From positions 1 to 13,262 of the forward strand of contig JANLOX010000270.1 in the NCBI GenBank assembly GCA_031366795.1: DNA of 13,262 bases, written 5' to 3'. The first letter of the stretch is position 1. Every line of letters starts with the position of its first letter. Below the pieces are notes generated by a model. The model was given only the letters and a program-made list of their open reading frames with translations, made no database searches and was not told the origin of the DNA. Source of the DNA: Candidatus Eiseniibacteriota bacterium. GTDB taxonomy: Bacteria > Eisenbacteria > RBG-16-71-46. A program made the translations under genes and the position numbers. Below, piece by piece: positions 1 to 8,600 of the stretch.

Positions 1-572
1 CCGCTGCCCGACATCTCGGGTTCGATACAGTTCGGTACGCCACAGCGGCACTCGACCTCGCCGTGTCCGATAGGTAGATGCCCGAGTTCGCCCGCACCCC
101 CGAAGGCGCCGCGCAGAATCTTCCCGTCCGCGACGATCCCGCAACCCACGCCCGTGCCGACCGTGACCATGATCGCGAGCCGCGCACCACGCGCCGCGCC
201 GCAGCGGTACTCACCGAACGCGGCGAGATTGGCGTCGTTGTCGACGACGAGCGGCAGTCCCAGTCGCGGGGCTAGACAATCGCGGATCGGGAAGTCGCGC
301 CAGTGCGGCAGGTGCGGCGTGCTGCCGACCAATGCGCCGTGTTCCGGATCGATTACGCCGGGCAGCCCGAGCCCGGCTGCGACAACGGAAGCTCCGGCGA
401 GCTCGCGCAGGCGGCGGACGACCGACTCGATCGCGATCAGTGGAGCCTCCGCGTTCTCCGCAACGCGGCACGGCTCCTGGATGAAGTGCTCGATCACGCC
501 GGCCTCATCGACGAGGCCGGCGTTCAACGTGGTTCCGCCGAGATCGATCCCGATCGCGCGCCGGGAGGTCAT
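1..572 (-). CDS. ROK family sugar kinase (glucokinase-like), runs off the window edge
   Basis: Manual translation from ATG at 572 gives MTSRRAIGIDLGGT (phosphate-1 motif), LVVDNDANLAAFGE, VTVGTGVGCGIVADGKILRGAFGGAGELGH and CRCGVPNCIE (ROK zinc motif). There is no N-terminal HTH, so kinase rather than repressor. Absent from the ORF track because no stop falls inside the window. Confidence 0.93.
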   Translation of the reverse strand, partial: MTSRRAIGIDLGGTTLNAGLVDEAGVIEHFIQEPCRVAENAEAPLIAIESVVRRLRELAGASVVAAGLGLPGVIDPEHGALVGSTPHLPHWRDFPIRDCLAPRLGLPLVVDNDANLAAFGEYRCGAARGARLAIMVTVGTGVGCGIVADGKILRGAFGGAGELGHLPIGHGEVECRCGVPNCIEPEMSGS

Positions 573-606
573 ATACGCCGCTGTCTCGCGTCCAGTGCGG
601 GCATCG

Positions 607-1608
607 CTACTTCTGCCCCTTCGGCACCGCCGGCAACGAGCCCAGGAACAGCCACAAGGCTTTCAGCTCGGTATCCGTCATCTTGCCGTACGATTTCCAC
701 GGCATCGCTTCGGCGATCGCGCTTCCATCTGGCCGCTTACCGTCCCGCATCGACCGAATGAAATCAGCTTCGGTCCAGCCCTTGATACCCGTGGCGTCGG
801 GCGTGATGTTCGCGACGATCGGCATGTTGGGGTCACCGTCCATCTTGCCGCCCGAGAATTTCGCATTGTGGCAGCCGGAGCAGGTCTGCGCGATATGTTC
901 GCCCAACTCGAGCGACACGGCCATCGGCGGTGGCTCCGTGGCGTGGGCCTTCTGATGGTCGAGCATGAATGCCGGGAGCGACTTCGGGTCAGTGGCGATC
1001 AGGAATGCGAATACCGGCCCCATGCGCACCGCGCCGATGTGGCGATCGACCATGCGGCGACTACGGATGTACGCGACGACGTCGGAGAGCTCGTGATCGG
1101 ACAAGTTGGTAAACTCACCCGCCGGCATCGACGAACTCGTCCCGGTGTGGCGGATGCCGTGACGCACCGCAAGATCCCAATCGTGCGCTGTAAAGCCATT
1201 CGTGACACCGCCCGGACCGGTCGTCAGGTTGGGCGCCGCCCAGTAGCCGACGACGGGCACGTCGATGATCGCGCCACCGCCGAAGTCGTCGGCGTGACAT
1301 GACTTGCAGCCGAGCCGGCTCTCGATCAGGTGCTGGCCGCGCTGCTCAGCGCGTTGCTCCGCAACCGCGGCGAGATCCACGCCCGCGAGGGGATCCTTCC
1401 CGGAGGCGCCTGCGGCGATACGATCCCGCTTGAGCACTGCGAGTTCCGCGGAATCGAGCGGGAAAGGGATAGGGAAACTGGCGTCGTGCGCCTCCCAGTT
1501 CATTCCATAGCGCTGCGTGGCCTTCTTGAGGGCCAACTGCCACGCGACGACACCTGCGAGTACGACCACCAGAATCAGGACGCCGAGGATCTTCAGTAGC
1601 TTCATCAT
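607..1608 (-). CDS. Membrane-anchored diheme cytochrome c
   Basis: Starts MMKLLKILGVLILVVVLAGVVAW (N-terminal TM anchor). Two CxxCH motifs (CKSCH, CSGCH), each followed by NLT/NIT and a distal MP. The upstream extension to 2040 in the track overlaps the divergent gene and is unlikely to be real. Confidence 0.9.
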   Translation of the reverse strand: MMKLLKILGVLILVVVLAGVVAWQLALKKATQRYGMNWEAHDASFPIPFPLDSAELAVLKRDRIAAGASGKDPLAGVDLAAVAEQRAEQRGQHLIESRLGCKSCHADDFGGGAIIDVPVVGYWAAPNLTTGPGGVTNGFTAHDWDLAVRHGIRHTGTSSSMPAGEFTNLSDHELSDVVAYIRSRRMVDRHIGAVRMGPVFAFLIATDPKSLPAFMLDHQKAHATEPPPMAVSLELGEHIAQTCSGCHNAKFSGGKMDGDPNMPIVANITPDATGIKGWTEADFIRSMRDGKRPDGSAIAEAMPWKSYGKMTDTELKALWLFLGSLPAVPKGQK

Positions 1609-1900
1609 GAATAAGGTTCCCGTGGCAGCCCCCAGTGCGAGGCGCCCGGGCGGTTCAGCCCGAGCTCGCGCGACGCCGCATCCTGAGGGGAACGGTGGCA
1701 CACCCGCGCTCATGGCACAGCCAGTGCCGCCAACGCGCCGACGGCGAAAATGTCGCAGACGCGCGGCGGGCTCGGCAAGAGCGGAGTGTGGGCGCCTGAG
1801 CCGGCCCGGCGGATCGCCCTGACGCACTGCCGTGTCATTGAGTATCATCGCATCGCCAGAATTTGACCGACCTGAACTTACCGTGAGGAGCTTGCCGATC

Positions 1901-3679
1901 ATGAGCATACGTCCCGTTCGTGCCGCTATCCGTCTGGGGGCCGCGAGCCTTGTTGTCTCACTCGTCACCACCTTGGTCGCGGCTTTTCCCGGCAGTGCGA
2001 GCGCGGCTCCGGCGAAGACCGCCGCCCACACCCCGCTCACGCAGCAACGCTTCGAGCTCTTCGTGCACCGCTATGTCGACGCGGAGTTCGCCTTCGACCC
2101 GGGGCGCGCGACCGAGCAGGGCGTGCACACCTACGACGCGCGGTTGCCGGACTGGTCCGCGGCCGCGATTGCGCGTGAGACAAGCCGGATTCGTGCGGCG
2201 CTGATCGAGCTTGGCAAGCTCGACCGCGCGCAACTCGACGTCCGGACGAGGCTCGACTACGACCTGTTCCGGCGCAAGGTCGAGAGCGACCTGTTTTCGC
2301 TGACGGAGGAGCGGCACTTCGAACATGATCCCGGCGTCTACAATGTCGGGGGAACGCTCGACAAACTCATCTCGCAAGAATTCGCGCCGCCTGAGGTACG
2401 ACTCCACAACCTGGCCGGGCGCCTCGTACAGACACCGCGTTTCCTCGCACAGGGACGCGCGAACCTCCAGCACCCCCCGCGACTATTCACCGAATTCGCC
2501 ATCGAGGACTTCCCCGGCACAATGTCCTACCTTGAGGGAGCCGTCCCGAAGGCCTTTGCATCGGTGAAGAATCCCGCGCTCTGGAAGCAGTACAACTCAG
2601 CGTTCAAAGCGGCGAATACAGCGACCGGCGAATACGTGAAGTGGATGCAGGACTCCCTGCTCGCGAAGAGCGACGGAACATTCGTGCTGGGGAGCGAGCG
2701 CTACAGCAAGAAGCTGCACTGCGAGGAAATGGTCGACATGCCGCTCGATACGCTGCTCGCCATCGGCCAGCGCGAACTCGACCGTCTCGAGGCGCGCAGC
2801 AGGGTCGTTGCGGGGATCATCGTTCCGGGCGGCAGCGTGACCGACGCGCTGGCGAAGGTCCGCGTGCACCATCCGCCGAAGGATTCGGTCCTCGCGGTCG
2901 CGACGTCGTTGCTCGAGCAGGCCCGCAGTTATTCGATCTCTTCCGGGTTCCTGGCCATGCCATCGGATGAACGGTGCACGGTGCGCCCAACGCCCGAATT
3001 CGCAGCCAGCCGTTCATTCGCTTCGCTCGATTCCCCGGGGCCGCTCGAGACAAAGGGACGCAGGGGCTACTACAACATCTCGCTCCCCGGGGCCGATTGG
3101 GATTCCACCAAGACCGAGCAATATCTCCAGGGATTCAGCCGTGGCCCACTCTCGTCCGTCTCGCTCCATGAAGCTTATCCGGGCCACTATGCGCACTACC
3201 TCTATGCGCGCAACGCCACTTCGCTCGCGAGGAAAATCGCTGGTTGCGGTTCGTTCGCTGAAGGCTGGGGCCTTTACGTCGAGCAGGGCATGCTCGACCA
3301 GGGCTATGGGAACCACGATCCGGAACTGGAATTCGGCATGCTCAAGTGGGCGCTGATCCGCGCCTGCCGCTTCCAGGTGGCGCTGCGTGTCCACACGAAG
3401 GGAATGTCGCTCGATGAGGCGACGCAGTACTTCGTCGATCACGCGGGCATGGAAAAGGTCAACGCCGAGCGCGAGGCCTACCGTGCCGCGTTCGATCCGA
3501 CGTACCTCATCTATACGCTGGGCGCCCTGCAGATCCGCAAGCTGCGCGACGACCTGCACGCCGAGCAAGGCGCGGCGTTCGACCTGGGCAAGTTCCACGC
3601 GACGATCCTGTCGCAGGGCTCGATCCCCGTCGTATTGTTGCGGCGGCTGTTGCTGAAGCACGAGGGGGCGTCGCTGTGA
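1901..3679 (+). CDS. Secreted DUF885 family protein (metallopeptidase-like)
   Basis: GAGGAG at 1885-1890 precedes ATG 1901. Signal peptide ends ASA. Family motifs HEAYPGH, FAEGWGLYVE, YTLGALQI and FHATILSQGSIP are present. Confidence 0.92.
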   Translation: MSIRPVRAAIRLGAASLVVSLVTTLVAAFPGSASAAPAKTAAHTPLTQQRFELFVHRYVDAEFAFDPGRATEQGVHTYDARLPDWSAAAIARETSRIRAALIELGKLDRAQLDVRTRLDYDLFRRKVESDLFSLTEERHFEHDPGVYNVGGTLDKLISQEFAPPEVRLHNLAGRLVQTPRFLAQGRANLQHPPRLFTEFAIEDFPGTMSYLEGAVPKAFASVKNPALWKQYNSAFKAANTATGEYVKWMQDSLLAKSDGTFVLGSERYSKKLHCEEMVDMPLDTLLAIGQRELDRLEARSRVVAGIIVPGGSVTDALAKVRVHHPPKDSVLAVATSLLEQARSYSISSGFLAMPSDERCTVRPTPEFAASRSFASLDSPGPLETKGRRGYYNISLPGADWDSTKTEQYLQGFSRGPLSSVSLHEAYPGHYAHYLYARNATSLARKIAGCGSFAEGWGLYVEQGMLDQGYGNHDPELEFGMLKWALIRACRFQVALRVHTKGMSLDEATQYFVDHAGMEKVNAEREAYRAAFDPTYLIYTLGALQIRKLRDDLHAEQGAAFDLGKFHATILSQGSIPVVLLRRLLLKHEGASL

Positions 3680-3697
3680 CGCCCCCTCGTGCTTCAG
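3653..3697. repeat. Perfect 20-bp inverted repeat with 5-nt loop spanning the DUF885 stop codon (possible terminator or junction scar)
   Basis: CTGAAGCACGAGGGGGCGTC-gctgt-GACGCCCCCTCGTGCTTCAG: the arms are exact reverse complements. No U-tract follows. Confidence 0.9.
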
Positions 3698-3922
3698 GCT
3701 GATTGGCCCGGTCCGGGAGCCTCGACGCGCGTAAGCCAGCGCGGGCTGCAGCCCATTGACCTATTGACCGGCCCCCGATCTTGTGTTTGATATCTGTTCG
3801 AAACCTATTCAATTATCCGGCATCCAAGGGTGCATCCACGTGAACGTGAGCGCCCTCGAGGCTCGCGAGTGCTGGGCCAGTCGGTGCTGTGACTGCGTTC
3901 CAGAAATCCTACAGGAGCAAAC

Positions 3923-4099
3923 ATGAATAGAGCGGGCGCTTCGAATAAATCGTTAGTCCTGTTTCTGGTTGCTGCTTCGATTTCATTCTTGTTCTCGGTG
4001 TACCTCTGGTTCTTCGTTAGTAAGGAATCGGGCGTGTTTGTGGGGATCTGGGTGCCCTCAATCCTGTCGTTGGGTGCCCTGGTCAGGAGCCGCCGGTGA
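3923..4099 (+). CDS. Small two-helix membrane protein (58 aa)
   Basis: AGGAG RBS before ATG 3923. Sequence MNRAGASNKSLVLFLVAASISFLFSVYLWFFVSKESGVFVGIWVPSILSLGALVRSRR has two hydrophobic segments and a basic C-terminus. Not listed in the ORF track. Confidence 0.8.
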   Translation: MNRAGASNKSLVLFLVAASISFLFSVYLWFFVSKESGVFVGIWVPSILSLGALVRSRR

Positions 4100-4197
4100 C
4101 TCATGACATGTTGATCGCTTGCGTCGGTGTCGTCGTATTCGCGATCGCCCTGATCGCCGTGCTCGAGGCCATGCGGGGAACGTTCAACGACAGTTGA
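4096..4197 (+). CDS. Single-helix membrane peptide (33 aa), translationally coupled to the preceding ORF
   Basis: GTG start overlaps the upstream TGA (GTGA), with its own AGGAG at 4085-4089. Sequence MTHDMLIACVGVVVFAIALIAVLEAMRGTFNDS. Confidence 0.6.
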   Translation: MTHDMLIACVGVVVFAIALIAVLEAMRGTFNDS

Positions 4198-4262
4198 GGG
4201 ACAGGGTGCGATCGACGTCGGCCAGGCTATCGTCCGGTTGAGCCCGACTTCGACACACGCCA

Positions 4263-4939
4263 TCACCTCACAAGCGCGAGGCCGCGCGTGACCGCACCCT
4301 CCGGGCCGCGCGCGCGCACGAAGTAGACGCCGGGCTTGAGTTGCCGCCCCGACGCGTCGGGGCAGTCCCAGCGCAAGGCGATTTCGTCTGGCTGGCGCTC
4401 GCCGGGGATTGCTGCCGTGATTGCCTCGAATTGGATCGTCAAGTGGTCCGTGTTGGCGGGAGCCACGAAGGAACCGCTGTAGCTGGTCCAATTGGCCGGG
4501 CTGTAGTTGCCGAGCAGTCCCTCGTTGCTAATCACGGCACCTCCCGCGTTCTGCGCGAAGATTTCCACGAAGAACACTCCGCCCGTGGCGGCGCTTACAA
4601 GCTTGAGGTCAAAGGAGTAGAAACCGTCCCTGCGGTGGCGCTGCCAAGCGGAGTCGTCTGTGCCATCGTCAGCCCGTTTGCCTGGGCCCGATTATCGACG
4701 AATGCGTAGTGGGTTCCCGGGGCCGACGGACCATTGTCGGTGGATTGGATCGTGACGGTGGCGTTCGAACCCACGCCACCCACGCCAGCCCACAGGGCTT
4801 GGGACCCGGTCTCGAAGTCGCCATTGTTCAGGATGTTTGCTGCAGTAGCCGGGCGGACTCCCGCCGTCATCGCAAGGACACAAAGCGAACCGACCACCCG
4901 CAGTATGGAGAGCCTTATGACGGGTCCAACCTTCTCCAA
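4263..4939 (-). pseudogene. Degenerate secreted protein: CBM_4_9-like jelly-roll domain plus partial FlgD-Ig C-terminal domain
   Basis: Signal-like N-terminus, then ANILNNGDFETG. A 1-nt frameshift near 4620 joins ...AGTVS to YSFDLKLVSAATGGVFFVEIFAQ...WTSYSGSFVAPANTDHLTIQF. This fuses at ~4400 to only the second half of an FlgD domain (LRWDCPDASGRQLKPGVYFVRARGPEGAVTRGLALVR). Confidence 0.75.
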
Positions 4940-5102
4940 AATGCCCTTCGCCGCTCCCTCGCGACATTCCGTGGATCGGAAACGGAAACGTGAATTGAAG
5001 TGCGCGTCCCGGGAAGCGGGGGCAGATACCTACGAGACCCGGTCATCTCGCGATGGCCCTGTGCCCGGCCGCTGACCGTCATGCCCCACGCAACGAACTT
5101 AG

Positions 5103-5131
5103 ATTGTACGGTAGCCGAACAAAGCCTGTAA
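5103..5131 (-). promoter_or_regulatory. Candidate sigma70-type promoter for the degenerate gene
   Basis: Minus strand reads TTACAG-17 nt-TACAAT, about 165 nt upstream of the gene start. Consensus match only. Confidence 0.35.
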
Positions 5132-5140
5132 TCCTACGCA

Positions 5141-5306
5141 AATCACGATCCCGACCTGGAATTCGGCCTGCTCAAGTGGGCGTTTGATTCGCGCCTGCCA
5201 CTTCCAGGTGGCGCTGCGTGTCCACGCGGCGATCCTGTCGCAGGGCTCGATCCCCGTCGTGTTGCTGCGGCCCATGTTGCTGAAGCCCGAGGGGGAATCA
5301 CTCTAA
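5141..5306 (+). pseudogene. Diverged, internally deleted copy of the DUF885 3' end
   Basis: 5141-5225 matches 3311-3394 (NHDPDLEFGLLKWA...FQVALRVH). 5221-5306 matches 3594-3679 (HAAILSQGSIPVVLLRPMLLKPEGESL*). There is one extra T near 5184. Confidence 0.92.
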
Positions 5307-5665
5307 GCGCAGCTCAAACGCACGGTGCGAGCCATCTCTCGAATCCCCGATAGATCAACAAGCGAGCCTCGTACTTCAAGGTGCGGGGTTCATTCGCTTG
5401 GCGCCCCACGGGCACCGCCGCAGCAGGTCCGTGTTGCAACGCGTGTTCTCTTGGTGCGTAAATCGCGTTCTGGTAATCGAGGGGTGCGTTCCGCGCCCGA
5501 TCTATTCCATTGCCAAGCGGGTGAGGAGGGCGGACTATCAGACCCGCTCCTCAGGACGTCACCCATTCCATCGAAAGGAGGACCGCGAGACCGCTCGGCT
5601 ACCAATCGCAGCGCGTTATCAGCTGCTCCCGTTGCTCCTTTGATCCCCTTCGCCAGGAGTAGAAC

Positions 5666-8600
5666 ATGAAGCGAGTATTGCCCCTGCTCGCGATGGTCGC
5701 GTTTGGAGCCTTGCTGGCGTTGTCGCCAGCCAGTGCCCAGACTTGTTCCATCGGTGGCCACAATGAGACGAGCGAAAACTTCGCCACCGGTGGATGGGGG
5801 ACGATCAACATGTCCCCCGGAACCGTCCCCGGCGCGCCCTTTGCGACCCACCTCATCATCAGCGAAGTCGCCCCACGCGGCGCCGGAACCGGCGCAGCCT
5901 CGGATTCAAGTGAATACCTCGAGATCTACAACCCCACGCCGAATCCGATTTCACTCAACGGCAAATACATCAGCGACGACATCGCCTATTACAAAGTCGT
6001 CAATGGTCTGTACGCCGTTGCGAACGCCAGCGACTTCAATCTCAAGTTCCCCACCGGACTCACGCTGCTTCCCGGGCGAACGCTGGTGCTGTGCGTGACC
6101 AAGGCGGGCTTCTTCGGCAGTGGCGCCTCGGCGGCTGCTGCCCAGATCTTCCTTGAGATGAAGGACTCGAACCAGAACACCACCGACGACATGATCCCCG
6201 TCGCGACGGGCAGTTCGTTCCCGGTCACCGGCGGCCTGTTCACGAACCCCTCGGCCACCAATGGCGAGTGGGCCGTGCTCTATTGCTGGGACGGCGCATC
6301 CGACCGCGTGTGCGACGTCGACTACGCCAGCTGGGGCGCAAACAGCGCCTCGAACCCGAAGATGAACAAGACGGGCATCTCAATTGACGGGCCCGATGCC
6401 GGTGCTGTTGCTTCTGCCTACAACGCGGACACGGCGCCCACGTCACAGACGAATCTTGGCAGCGCCACCGTGCTCACCAAGCCGCTCACCTACCAGCGTA
6501 CCGGCGGTGAAAGCGGCGAAGTGACCTTCGGTGGCAATGGTTGCCTCGGCATCGTGACGCCGAATGTCATCGGCTGGTTGCCGGTGCTGAGCGCCACGGG
6601 GGTGCCCGACATCCGCTTCCACGTCCGCTGGACCAACGCCGACGACGCGATGTCCGGCCCCATCACGGGCCAGATCCGGTCGCAGGAGTTCGGTGTCTTC
6701 CTGCCGGACCTCGGTCTCATCGGTGACATGAACGTGCCGCCGCTCCAGCCGAACAGCTTCTTCGATGTGTTCTTCGAAGTGCCTCTATCGTCGCTGCCGC
6801 CGAGCCCGCAGAAGATCGTTCCCGGCAGTGGCGGCAACCTCAAGCAGTTCGCCAACGCCACCTATGGTGGCGGCGCGCAGACGCAGGCGACATGCCCTCC
6901 CGACACAAACTGGGCGGGTAACGTCGACATCCAGTGGTCCGGCACGCCCCAGGGCGGCCAGGTCAACAAGCACTACTCCGACCTGCTGACGTGTGCGGGC
7001 GGTGCGCCTTCATTCATTCACTTCCGTCCGAGCAACTGCACCTCGCCGATGCCGTGGACGATCGCGGGCCTGTGCCCGGGATTCACGGCGACGCTCGTCA
7101 ACGAGGACTTCTCGCCGGCGCCGAATCCGATTCCCGTGGGATGGTCGGGATGGATCAGCATCCAGGCCGCTGCTGGCGCGGTCGGTACGAGCTGTTGCTT
7201 CGGCGTGACGTTCACGTGTGCCGGAGTTTCCAGCACGATCGACATCTGCACCTTTGCGTGCCAGTGCGTCACGCAGCCGGGACCGAACCCGCAGCCGAGC
7301 ACGATTGGTTGGACCAATGTGCCGGGCTCGACGGACATTCGCTTCCACGTGCGCTGGACGAACCCGAGCACCGCACTCGCGACGTCCCCCGCGACAGGGC
7401 AGATGAAGTCACAGGAGTTCGGGGTGTTCGCGCCGAACTTCGGGTCGATCGGGCAGCTCAACATTCCGCCGATCCAACCCAATAGCTTCTTCGACGTGTT
7501 CTTCGACGTGCCGCTCACGCAGTTGCCGCCCAGTGCGATGATCAGCGGCGGACCGTCCTCGAATGTCGTCGCCGGAGGCAAGGGCTCGCCGATGTCCACG
7601 CTTGCGGGGCCGTGTCCCCCCGACACGAGTTGGGCAGGCAACGTCGACCTGAACTGGACGAGCACGGCGGGCAACGCTCAAGTGAACTATCACTTCGGCG
7701 ACCTGCAGGTTTGCCCGGGTTCGGGCAACACATACGTTCACGTGAGAGCCGTGAACTGCCCGTCTGGAACTCCGGCGGCGTGGTCGATCGCTGGGCTCTG
7801 CCCGGGCTTCAGCGCGACACTCGTCAACGAGAACTATTCGGCAGCGCCGAATCCGGTGCCGCCGGGTTGGTCCGGCTGGATCTGCGTCTCGGCCGCGGCG
7901 GCGACGCCGGTGCCGGTGACGTGCTGCTTCACCGTCACGTTCCTGTGCGACAACGTGCCGGGCGTGATCAACGTCTGCGCGACCACATGCCAGTGCCACA
8001 CGGCGCCGAGTCCGGTGCCGGCTCCCGTGACGTGGGCGACGTTGGCGGGCACCAGCACGGTGCAGTTCCACCAGATGTGGAACAATCCCAACGACGTGGT
8101 CTCTGCTCCCGTAAGCGGGCAGATGAGCTCGCAGGAGTTCGGCGTGTTCCTGCCCAACTCCGGCTCAATCGGGCACTTCGACGTGCCGCCGATTCAGCCG
8201 CACAGCTTCTTCGACGTGTTCTTCGACGTACCGCTTTCGACGCTGCCGCCGAATCCGCCCACGCAGGGTGGCCCTCCGGCCGGTGGCCCGTGTCCTCCTG
8301 ACACACACTGGAACGGTAACGTCGACGTGGTGTGGAACGGACCCGCGGGAGGTGGGCAGGCCAACTACCACATCGGTGACATCACGGTGTGTCCGGGCGG
8401 CGGCGCATCGCTCATTCACATCAAGTCGCTGATTTGCGCGGATCCGGCCGGTATGCCGTGGACGATCACGGGACTGTGCCCGGGCTTCAGCGCCACGCTG
8501 CAGAACGAGGACCACTCGCCGGCGCCGAACCCGGTGCCGTTGGGCTGGACGGGTTGGATCAGCGTGACGGCTGCGGCAGGCACTCCGGTGCCGGACACCT

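Noticed and set aside
154..1302. 382-aa plus-strand ORF
   Set aside because: Antisense shadow of the ROK and cytochrome c genes, with no motifs of its own.
1609..2040. N-terminal extension of the cytochrome c ORF to 477 aa
   Set aside because: Low-complexity Arg/Ala-rich translation that overlaps the divergent DUF885 start. The TM anchor begins at 1608.
3787..3802. Possible FNR/CRP box starting TTGAT
   Set aside because: The second half-site (ATCAA) is absent.
3805..4491. 228-aa minus-strand ORF
   Set aside because: Overlaps the better-supported small plus-strand ORFs and the FlgD relic, and has no recognisable features.
5030..5070. GNRA-capped hairpin after GGGCACAG on the minus strand, reminiscent of a c-di-GMP-I riboswitch
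   Set aside because: The downstream GCAAAG/receptor stem of the consensus is missing. An Rfam search would be needed to revive the idea.
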